Below are positions 56,480 to 64,000 of a stretch of DNA of 64,000 bases, piece after piece. Where the stretch lies: positions 32,001 through 96,000 of the forward strand of contig JAWBAI010000004.1 of the NCBI GenBank assembly GCA_038816475.1. The letters run 5' to 3'. Made by a program: the position numbers and the translations under genes. The notes under the pieces were generated by a model. The model had not been told where the DNA came from, ran no database searches, and saw only the letters and a list, made by a program, of their open reading frames with translations. Positions within the stretch are counted from its first letter, which is position 1. Each line of letters starts with the position of its first letter. The stretch comes from Desulfurococcaceae archaeon (GTDB lineage: Archaea; Thermoproteota; Thermoprotei_A; Sulfolobales; Desulfurococcaceae).

Positions 56480-57690
56480 AGCTTACCACCAGCGAGTTCT
56501 CTGAGTGATAACTTGTACTTGGTACCCTTTTCCAGATCTAGAACTACTACTCTCTCCATGCACGATATGCAGGGATCTAGCGATGTCAGTATTACAGGTA
56601 CATCTGCGAGGCTGTAACCCGGGTAAAGTATACCAGCCGAGTTTATGATGTTGTTGAAGCTCGGCGTTCTAATCTTAACTCTATAAGGCGTTGGGCTTTT
56701 GCCATCGCTCATTACGTAGTAAGTGAGCTCTCCTCTCTGAGCTTCAACTCTGGCGTAGGCTTCCCCTTGAGGTATTACTCGTGGAAGCCTTTTCTCGTCG
56801 GGAACAGGGTTTCCGTCTGACGGGAGCTTCTCGAGAGCGTAGAGACACATTTCTATTGCTTCGAGAGTTTCATCCCATCTAACCATCATGCGTGCCCACG
56901 AATCACCCTCTGTTCTAGTTACAAGGTTGAAGGGTATTTCATCGTACGCGTCGTACTTGTCACTTGCCCTGGAGTCTATTTTAACACCTGAAGCTCTTGC
57001 TACTGGTCCGACAAGACTGTGTCTTGTTGCATCCGTGTACTTCAGTAGCCCGGTGTTGGTTAGCCTCTTGTAGATGGTTTCGTCTTCTTCGAACACCTTC
57101 TTGTAGTACTCTACTCTGGGTTTAAGCTTGAGCAGCAGATCTCTCAGCTTATCCCTCTTAACAGAGTCAATGTCTCTTCTAACACCACCAACAATCATGA
57201 AGTCCGCCATTACTCTGTTACCAGTTAGTATTTCCTTTGCTTTCATTACACGTTCTCTGTCCAGCATTATCTGCATGAACAGGTTTTCGAATCCCACGAT
57301 CTCTGCCATGACGGCGTTTACCAGCATATGGCTGTGTATTCTTTCAAGCTCCATTGAGAGAACGCGCAGGTACTTTGCTCTCCGGGGTGGATCAATGTTC
57401 AGCAGGTACTCTAGTGCTCTCACATAGCAGTTCGTGTGAACAGCGTTGCATATACCGCAGACTCTTCCAACTATGAAGATATCACGGTAGAAGGAGTTTT
57501 TCTCGCAGAGCTTCTCGATGCCTCTGTGGTTGTACCCGGTGTTTACTTCCGCTTTAACGACTTCTTCACCATCAGCGTAGATCTTCAGTAGAACAGGCTC
57601 GTGAAGTGCTGGGTGCTGTGGACCAATTGGTATTTCGGCTGATACTAGTGGAACCTCAACTATCTTCGTTATAGCCATGCTAAACACCAC
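56476..57690 (-). CDS. mbhL: [NiFe] hydrogenase large subunit, group 4 (MbhL)
   Basis: GPQHPALHE, HRGIEK, L1 RVCGIC, L2 DPCISCMER, followed by a cleavable C-terminal extension. Confidence 0.95.
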   Translation of the reverse strand: MVFSMAITKIVEVPLVSAEIPIGPQHPALHEPVLLKIYADGEEVVKAEVNTGYNHRGIEKLCEKNSFYRDIFIVGRVCGICNAVHTNCYVRALEYLLNIDPPRRAKYLRVLSMELERIHSHMLVNAVMAEIVGFENLFMQIMLDRERVMKAKEILTGNRVMADFMIVGGVRRDIDSVKRDKLRDLLLKLKPRVEYYKKVFEEDETIYKRLTNTGLLKYTDATRHSLVGPVARASGVKIDSRASDKYDAYDEIPFNLVTRTEGDSWARMMVRWDETLEAIEMCLYALEKLPSDGNPVPDEKRLPRVIPQGEAYARVEAQRGELTYYVMSDGKSPTPYRVKIRTPSFNNIINSAGILYPGYSLADVPVILTSLDPCISCMERVVVLDLEKGTKYKLSLRELAGGKL

Positions 57691-58129
57691 TGTCCTTTCT
57701 CAGCGGGTATTTACCCTGCTCAGCTACATCGGTTGCTACGAAGAAGCCTCGTTTGAGAAGCGGATTACCATTGAATACTACACCGAGTAGGTCGTGCGTC
57801 TCACGTTCACCAGCTAGTAAACCCGGTATGATGTCGATCAAGCTGTCGATCACGGGGTTCTCCCTGCCAAGAAAAGTTCTGATAACAACGGTTACCTCCT
57901 CTGGTAGAAGAACAACGTAGTAGTCAAGCCTGATCCTGTTTTCACTGGGAAGATCCGTGCCTACGAGGGTTGATACGTAGAATCCTCCATAGCCGTACCT
58001 ATTAATAAGCTCTAAGAACAGTTTTTTCACATCCTCGGGTTTAACAACGAAGAGTCTTCTGCTAGGCTTAACAGTACCTTTTTCAATGGCAAAGCTCTCT
58101 ATGAGCGAGATCTTCTCACTTGCATCCAC
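57680..58129 (-). CDS. mbhK: Mbh subunit MbhK (NuoC family)
   Basis: ERETHDLLGVVF.GNP, YPLRKD. Confidence 0.9.
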   Translation of the reverse strand: MDASEKISLIESFAIEKGTVKPSRRLFVVKPEDVKKLFLELINRYGYGGFYVSTLVGTDLPSENRIRLDYYVVLLPEEVTVVIRTFLGRENPVIDSLIDIIPGLLAGERETHDLLGVVFNGNPLLKRGFFVATDVAEQGKYPLRKDSGV

Positions 58130-58589
58130 TGTACTTCACCTCTCCCTTCTCTATAAGCTTAAGAAGTTTCACAATTCCATCGAGAATAGCTTCGGGTCTA
58201 GGTGGACACCCTGGTACATAGGCTGCTACGGGTACAACCTTGTCAGCACCGCCAAGAACGTTATAAGACTTGGAGAAAACTCCACCACTTATAGCACACG
58301 CTCCCACGGCTACAACGAACCTTGGGCATGGCATTTGATCATAGAGTCTCTTGAGCCTCTCAGCCGCTTTCTTGGTCACAGCTCCCGTAACGACTAGTAT
58401 ATCACCGTGCCTGATGCTGGGAGCAAGTTTAACTCCAAAGCGCTCGGGATCGTAGAGTGGGGTAATGGAGGCAAGCACCTCTATGTCACAACCGTTGCAG
58501 GCACCCGTGTTAAAGTGGACCAGCCAGGGACTATACCTGATAATCCTGTAGTCAGCTCTAACCTCAGCACGGGAAGCTTCCATAAGCAT
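58116..58589 (-). CDS. mbhJ: [NiFe] hydrogenase small subunit MbhJ (NuoB family)
   Basis: GACNGCDIE, YDPERFG, GACAISGG, VPGCPPRPEAI. Confidence 0.95.
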   Translation of the reverse strand: MLMEASRAEVRADYRIIRYSPWLVHFNTGACNGCDIEVLASITPLYDPERFGVKLAPSIRHGDILVVTGAVTKKAAERLKRLYDQMPCPRFVVAVGACAISGGVFSKSYNVLGGADKVVPVAAYVPGCPPRPEAILDGIVKLLKLIEKGEVKYSGCK

Positions 58590-58713
58590 TCACGCAGCCA
58601 TTGAAGGTTATTGGGGTTTAGGCTTAAAAACCGAACTGTGTAGAACCACTTGAGTGGTCTCCGAGGATATACAGCAACACTATCACGAACTTTGTTAGAA
58701 GATGTGGATTCCT

Positions 58714-59289
58714 TTAAAACCTCCTTGGAATCTTCCTAGTTGCATAGTTGATTTTTATGTAGTTGAACTTTCTGTACAATGCTGTAATAAGCATTGAAAC
58801 TGTAAAAGCAGTTAGCGAGGTTATGATCGGTGCAAGTCTTATACCCCACGGTGTGTAGTTTAGTACTAATCCCACGAGAGGTACAGTAGCTAGCGATAAT
58901 CCAATGGATAGAGCTGTTCTCTCCAATGGTGATAGGTCCTCTTCGCGAGGATACAAGGCTTCAACAAGAGAGTACCCGGGTAAGAAGAGAACGTAGATCG
59001 TTCCAAGCACGTACCTAGCTGGGATCAGAGCTGGGACCTTCTCGGTTAAAAACACTACTAGTAGAGTTAGTGACGTCAGTGCGAGGGCTGTCCAAAACCA
59101 GAGTGTATATTCTAGTCTAAACGCGTAGGATACCAGCGTTAGGGGTGGATCCGGGTCCTCGATCCTCAGCTTCTTATCTTTAACGCTTTTCCACACTTCA
59201 TAAAGCACCTTGTACTTGTTAACCTTTCCACCGGCTCTTCTTCTGACGTAATCCTCCAGGGTTACAGGTTCTCTGTTCAAGTCGATCAC
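58714..59289 (-). CDS. DUF1616-family membrane protein
   Basis: LFLPGYSLVEALYP....LSPLER.ALSIGLSLA, LNYTPWGIR. Confidence 0.88.
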   Translation of the reverse strand: MIDLNREPVTLEDYVRRRAGGKVNKYKVLYEVWKSVKDKKLRIEDPDPPLTLVSYAFRLEYTLWFWTALALTSLTLLVVFLTEKVPALIPARYVLGTIYVLFLPGYSLVEALYPREEDLSPLERTALSIGLSLATVPLVGLVLNYTPWGIRLAPIITSLTAFTVSMLITALYRKFNYIKINYATRKIPRRF

Positions 59290-59295
59290 AGCTTG

Positions 59296-59793
59296 TTATA
59301 CTAGTGGTGGAGTAATGTTCAAGTGTAGATGAACCCATCTACCAGTATAAACCCAGCTATCGAGCCCTGTATCGTACATCCAGAGCTCGAAGATCAGTGT
59401 TACACTTGCCGGTAGCGGTTTACTGGTGTAAACTGGGACATTAACAAGTATTGTAGTGTTCTTTTTGTTTCCTAAAACGCTGAACCACTCGGCAACAGGG
59501 CTTTCGGGTGAAGGAGTAGTCGCCGTGGGTAATGTGCCAGTATCGCCGATCTTGTATACAACTCTGTAGTACACGGGTTTCCCCATGTAGTTCGCTATGA
59601 ATATGCATAGCCTTAGAACAGTGCTGTTTAACGCTACTCTGGGTAGTTCACCTATTCTACAGTCCTCGTTCAGCAACCCTATAGCGTTAAAGGGCTCAAC
59701 AACATCTGGTCTAAGCACTAATGCGATTCCCACAGTAGATGCCACAACTGATACTGCGAGTATTACTGCGAAAACCTCTTCGTCAAGGATCAC
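59296..59793 (-). CDS. Membrane-anchored Ig-like protein resembling the extracellular half of DUF1616 proteins
   Basis: N-terminal TM, EPF..IGLL, IANY.G..V.Y, LIFELW.Y, W.HL.LN. Confidence 0.7.
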   Translation of the reverse strand: MILDEEVFAVILAVSVVASTVGIALVLRPDVVEPFNAIGLLNEDCRIGELPRVALNSTVLRLCIFIANYMGKPVYYRVVYKIGDTGTLPTATTPSPESPVAEWFSVLGNKKNTTILVNVPVYTSKPLPASVTLIFELWMYDTGLDSWVYTGRWVHLHLNITPPLV

Positions 59794-59799
59794 GCGGTA

Positions 59800-60291
59800 T
59801 CACCTAATAATCCATCTTCTATGAAGCTTAAACCAAACATAGAGGTAAACCCTTGGCAACACGAAGTAGATCAATAGTGGTATTGAAGCTAGGATGGCTA
59901 CGGTTAAACCACGGGTGATCAGGATCTCAAGGTAAACTCTCTCAGCAACAGGTTTGAGGTAAACTACACGTTGTTTAGCCTCCTCGAGGTAGGCTATAGC
60001 GCTCTGGGTGTTACCTCTACTGTACTCCTCTATAGCTTTGTTGAGTAAATCCACTACATCGTCTACGCACAATCCTCTGCTGTGCAGGTACTCGAGTTCA
60101 CTCATAAGGTTCTCTATTTCATTAAGCACGCTGTTTTCAGCTTCAAGTTGAATTGCAAGCATGAAAAGCGCGATGAGCATTAAAGAAAACAGTACGGTAC
60201 AGATGGATACATGTAAACTCCACATACACACATCACCTAAAAGTTTCATACCATGAGATCTAGAAGGCTGGTTAAATACCCGGTGTAACAA
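59800..60291 (-). CDS. Hypothetical membrane protein
   Basis: TM, helical bundle, TM, ending PRVY...W; start probably downstream of the track start. Confidence 0.7.
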   Translation of the reverse strand: MLHRVFNQPSRSHGMKLLGDVCMWSLHVSICTVLFSLMLIALFMLAIQLEAENSVLNEIENLMSELEYLHSRGLCVDDVVDLLNKAIEEYSRGNTQSAIAYLEEAKQRVVYLKPVAERVYLEILITRGLTVAILASIPLLIYFVLPRVYLYVWFKLHRRWIIR

Positions 60292-61981
60292 CGGTAAACC
60301 CTAGTTCCGAGAAAACGCTTGAAATTACATGGTACTTGAATTTAAGAGCACGCGAGTGTATTAATACTACGGGTCCCTTAGTTACACCCTGAGACTCTAG
60401 GTCTTTAACAATGGCTACACCAAGAGACCTATAGTAGTCAACAATCATGCTTAGAACGCTGTCCCCCGGTATAGTTAATAGGCGCGGGCTCCCTCTATGC
60501 CAGCTCGAGTAGTCATAGGGTGTTGTCAACTTTTCCTCTTGGACTACAGCGTTTAATCCCAGTAGAACATCTATGGGTTTTCCTCTTATGAAGTACGCTT
60601 CACCACGTGGTGTAATAAGGTACAGGTAGAGCTCCGTGGTGGATTTCGGGGGTTCTTCTTTTTTGATAGTCGAGATCACATAGCTGTATAATGTTTGAAG
60701 TAGAAGGTCTAGTTCAACAGCACTTGTTGCCGTGATATCAGCTACAACTATGCTTCTGTGGGGTTGTGCCCGCTTGTCAACGTCACTACTACTGTAGACT
60801 TTAACGACCAGGTCAATAATGTCGCTTCTACGAAGGCTCTTCTTCCAATGAATATGCTTGAGGGAATCTCCTGGTGTGTACTCTCTTACACCCATGTACT
60901 CTCCTATGATTCCTCTTGTGTACTGAATAATCCTCTCTAGTAATTTACTGGGAATCTTCCACATGATTTTGACATTGAAGCGTGTTCTCAAGCGTGGTTC
61001 TCCGGGTTTCACGAGTCTCCTTATTTCTAGTACCGGTTTTTCCTGCGTTTCTATGTCTCCTGCTATTCTAACTCCGGGTTCATCCACTTGGTACTTACCA
61101 CCGGGAGCTATCACGCTAACTGGTAACGAAACGGCTCCTTCAACTCCAGGAGTAGCCGTTGAAGCTCCTGTAGAAGTTCCTGGTGTTACCTGAACAACGA
61201 GCTTGGAGATAACCGGAGGTGAAATGTATCCTGAGTATAGTGCTAGTATTTTCTCAGCTTCTCTGTAGAGTTCTGAGAACTTGGGTACAACGTTGTACTC
61301 GATTACATATGGACCGTGCTCTACGCTGGTTAGTTTTCTCGGATCTTGTAGCACAACTCTAAGGCTGTGCTTATTTGAACCAAGTCTTCGGGCGCGGATC
61401 CTAATGGTGCTTGAAGAACTGTTTTCAGCGCTCTTTGACCCGAAGAACTGGTCGTCAACTACTACGCTGTACACGAATGAACCTGGGCAATCAACATTGA
61501 CTACTATGTTTACGGAGTCGTTTAAGTAAACAATTGAACTGGGTGCTGTAACCTTTACACTAGATTTGCTTAATCTATTGTACTCGATAATTAGCAGTAC
61601 AACAAGTGACGTAGCAGAAACAAGTGCAATGGGGATAGCTCTCGCGGAGAATAGGTATATAGGTGTGAGAACAAGGAGTAACGTGTAGATAAACCTCGAG
61701 GGGCTCTCTTCGCCTGAGTACAGGATATAGTAAAGTGTTGCCAGAAGAGATAATGGCGTAGCTATCGTGTAAGTGCTCAAACTAGTAGTTGATACCACGA
61801 GCACTATGCCGCTGTACATAGCGGATAGTAGCGTTATGCGCGGTCTTCTAAGCAACATGGAGAAAAGCAATACCGGTACCAGCACGAAGATCAAGTGTTC
61901 AGTATGAAAGTAAACTAGCACGCACCCTAGAGCCATGAGCACGTACACAAGTACTTCTAAAACTCTACTCCCTTGTAGCAA
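60272..61981 (-). CDS. DUF58-domain membrane protein
   Basis: N-terminal TMs; GEYMGVREYTPGDSLKHIHWKKS DUF58 signature. Confidence 0.88.
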   Translation of the reverse strand: MLQGSRVLEVLVYVLMALGCVLVYFHTEHLIFVLVPVLLFSMLLRRPRITLLSAMYSGIVLVVSTTSLSTYTIATPLSLLATLYYILYSGEESPSRFIYTLLLVLTPIYLFSARAIPIALVSATSLVVLLIIEYNRLSKSSVKVTAPSSIVYLNDSVNIVVNVDCPGSFVYSVVVDDQFFGSKSAENSSSSTIRIRARRLGSNKHSLRVVLQDPRKLTSVEHGPYVIEYNVVPKFSELYREAEKILALYSGYISPPVISKLVVQVTPGTSTGASTATPGVEGAVSLPVSVIAPGGKYQVDEPGVRIAGDIETQEKPVLEIRRLVKPGEPRLRTRFNVKIMWKIPSKLLERIIQYTRGIIGEYMGVREYTPGDSLKHIHWKKSLRRSDIIDLVVKVYSSSDVDKRAQPHRSIVVADITATSAVELDLLLQTLYSYVISTIKKEEPPKSTTELYLYLITPRGEAYFIRGKPIDVLLGLNAVVQEEKLTTPYDYSSWHRGSPRLLTIPGDSVLSMIVDYYRSLGVAIVKDLESQGVTKGPVVLIHSRALKFKYHVISSVFSELGFTVVTPGI

Positions 61982-62807
61982 GGTGAGCCACCACGACCAA
62001 CAGTAATGTTAAAAATAGAACAGTGTATATGCTTATTGCACCCCTCTCGTACAAGAGTAGTGTTCGAACAAAGCTCAGCACCTGTAACCGCATCTCGCTT
62101 TGGTCAAGAACAACTTCTCTACCATCAGCAAGCACAGCAAAGAAGTCTCGATTGTACTCAAAGACACTGTTTTCAAGCAGATACTCCGTGAAGAACACTA
62201 ACACTCTACCTCTTCCAATTGCAATTTCAACTCCCAGGGGAAATGCACCTATGGGCTCATTGAGGTCGTATAGTCTGTTTCCATTAAAGTCAACGTAAGC
62301 AAAAACGCTACTCCACACAATTACCCTAGCAAACCCGAAATCCCCGCTCAGAGCATAGGGCCTCTCGAAGACAGTTCTTACTTGTAACTGTGATGTATTA
62401 ACTAGGATTCTATCCATGCTATCAGCGTTAAGAACACCGTCGAGAACGTAGCCTTTAAACTCGAGAAATACACCTAGATCTCTAAGTAACTTTACTACGA
62501 ACTGTGGTGAACCATAGGCGATTACTACACCTCCGCTACTCGTGAACTCGCGAACTGGTGTAACGTCTTTGAGAGAGCTTTGACGAGCTAGCACGAGGAC
62601 TGTTTGCTCTGGGTTTAAACCCGTTAGCTCGTTCATAGAGTACACCGTTCTTGCGCTGAGCGAAAAATAGAATTTCGAAAGCCCATAAGCTCCATCGTTA
62701 CCAATGTTATGGGGCGTTGTTGAAGGCAGTAGAAGTACTATGAGGAACCCTAGTAGAGCCCCCAGCGTGATCGATAGCAGTACAAGTCTACTCTTCGGAG
62801 GAGGCAC
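61965..62807 (-). CDS. DUF4350-like secreted protein
   Basis: TM, PS....N.G..GLS, F...GG, G.GRV......L.N, V.LD.S, C-terminal TM. Confidence 0.75.
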   Translation of the reverse strand: MPPPKSRLVLLSITLGALLGFLIVLLLPSTTPHNIGNDGAYGLSKFYFSLSARTVYSMNELTGLNPEQTVLVLARQSSLKDVTPVREFTSSGGVVIAYGSPQFVVKLLRDLGVFLEFKGYVLDGVLNADSMDRILVNTSQLQVRTVFERPYALSGDFGFARVIVWSSVFAYVDFNGNRLYDLNEPIGAFPLGVEIAIGRGRVLVFFTEYLLENSVFEYNRDFFAVLADGREVVLDQSEMRLQVLSFVRTLLLYERGAISIYTVLFLTLLLVVVAHLATRE

Positions 62808-64000
62808 TTAGAACACCGTAGTAGGCTTCTTCGGCTTCTTCGTACAAAGGCTTCTTACTGGAGTAAAGGTCTCTTTCAACCAGTTGCAGAAATCTCCACA
62901 GTAGCTTTCCAAGTCCTTCAGGGATTTGATGTGAGATCTGCCTGTAGTGCTCTCTAAGGGTTTCACTCTCCCTTGGAAGTCCGAGTTTCAGTTTCTTCAG
63001 GAGATTGTAGTAGAGCATGGCTATCCGCGAACCTAAGCCCATCTCGTAGGGCTTTAGAAGAGCGTCTCTCGCAAGGTTTTCCAGCTTACGTGGAATCGCC
63101 TGAGCTTTCCTCCAGTAGCTAACAAATGTAACTACGAAGCTTTTCTCGTGCTCGCTTACCAGAGGTATGAGAATAATTGAAATGAGAGTGAGTACTAGTA
63201 GAACGGGTATGTTGACCACGTAGACACTTAAGCTCAAGTTAAAAGCATCGTATTTTTCGCTTAGGGGTTCAACCTTGATCCGGAGATCTAAGACCTGTAC
63301 TGGTAAAATACCACTGTAAACCGGAATGCTGAGAACACCTCTACCCGGGACAGTGAATGTTCTCCTAGTGTAGTCGATCATAGTTACGTAGACATCTACC
63401 TGGTCTTCGTTTACGATTAAAATTCTCACGTATCCAAGCCATGCTATGGAGATATCGTCGGATAGTACTTTTACGCGTGGATAAACGGGTTCAACGTAGA
63501 TTGGTCTAGCAAGGCAGTATTGGATAGTTTTATCCGTAGCATCCACGCAGAGTTTTATCACGTTGTGCCCAATTCTGCAGTGTGGTGGGCAGTTCACGCT
63601 TACGGTGTTATTGCCAGGTTGTAAAGTTGTGTTCAAAACCTCTACGTCATTCATGTATAAGGTCGCATCGAACACCTCATCTGATAGCATTGTCACAGTA
63701 ATGTTGTCCCTGTACCTGGTGGTAATTGGTGCATCTAGCTGAACACGGGGTAAACCATACTCCGCTTTAAGCAGTGAAGCCAGCATGTAAGAGTTGTTTT
63801 GAAACCTAAAGTATAATGCTAACCAAACTTCCCTGGATCTCACACCGTAATCCGAGAGAAGATGTGCTCCAGGAATCTCCACCGAAATCTCGTAGTGGGT
63901 TTCGTTACGTACATAGGGTTCGTACTCAGCAATTCTCACCATGTTTGGCCAAACGAAAACCTCAGTACTAACAATCGGCATATTTCTAGGAACTACGAGT
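62788..64000 (-). CDS. 5'-truncated large membrane protein, C-terminus DUF4129-like
   Basis: Frame stays open to the window edge; beta-rich ectodomain, TM, then SETLRE...L.E..LYS cytoplasmic tail. Confidence 0.7.
   Translation of the reverse strand, partial: LVVPRNMPIVSTEVFVWPNMVRIAEYEPYVRNETHYEISVEIPGAHLLSDYGVRSREVWLALYFRFQNNSYMLASLLKAEYGLPRVQLDAPITTRYRDNITVTMLSDEVFDATLYMNDVEVLNTTLQPGNNTVSVNCPPHCRIGHNVIKLCVDATDKTIQYCLARPIYVEPVYPRVKVLSDDISIAWLGYVRILIVNEDQVDVYVTMIDYTRRTFTVPGRGVLSIPVYSGILPVQVLDLRIKVEPLSEKYDAFNLSLSVYVVNIPVLLVLTLISIILIPLVSEHEKSFVVTFVSYWRKAQAIPRKLENLARDALLKPYEMGLGSRIAMLYYNLLKKLKLGLPRESETLREHYRQISHQIPEGLGKLLWRFLQLVERDLYSSKKPLYEEAEEAYYGVLSASSEE

Noticed and set aside
1-64000. CRISPR arrays, IS elements, rRNA, inteins
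   Set aside because: No regularly spaced repeats, transposase ORFs, long GC-rich RNA blocks or intein motifs were seen by eye.

Overview
Core-genome window of a hyperthermophilic crenarchaeon, most likely Desulfurococcales/Desulfurococcaceae. This is inferred from Rpo13, Elf1, the Ced system, Agl24 and Mbh hydrogenase. In order it contains: (1) the S10/spc ribosomal protein superoperon with secY, on the - strand; (2) a Ced DNA-import operon (cedA1-cedA-cedA2-cedB, with cedA2 missing from the ORF track), flanked by a PAPS-reductase-family gene, an Lhr helicase and a second membrane-anchored HerA/VirD4-like ATPase; (3) rpo13, PCNA, a 4-subunit 2-oxoacid:ferredoxin oxidoreductase, an intron-containing tRNA-Pro, elf1, GGGP synthase, Sec61beta, radA, thrS and topoisomerase VI; (4) a type IV pilus operon next to agl24, tRNA-Arg, endonuclease V, aRF1 and a large orphan pilin; (5) a rearranged 13-gene Mbh-type [NiFe] hydrogenase/Mrp operon; (6) a DUF4129/DUF4350/DUF58/DUF1616 membrane operon. 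I also found three box C/D guide sRNAs and several short ORFs absent from the track. The most notable observation is that the ced operon and the orphan pilin 30 kb away share a near-identical promoter, ANTTTC-N6-CTCTCCT-N4-TTAA, with the hexamer 53-48 nt before the start codon. A weaker copy precedes the pilus operon. This matches the Sulfolobus DNA-damage-responsive element and suggests a damage-inducible pilus plus DNA-import regulon outside the Sulfolobales. No CRISPR array or mobile element was seen. All family calls come from motif recognition, not database searches.
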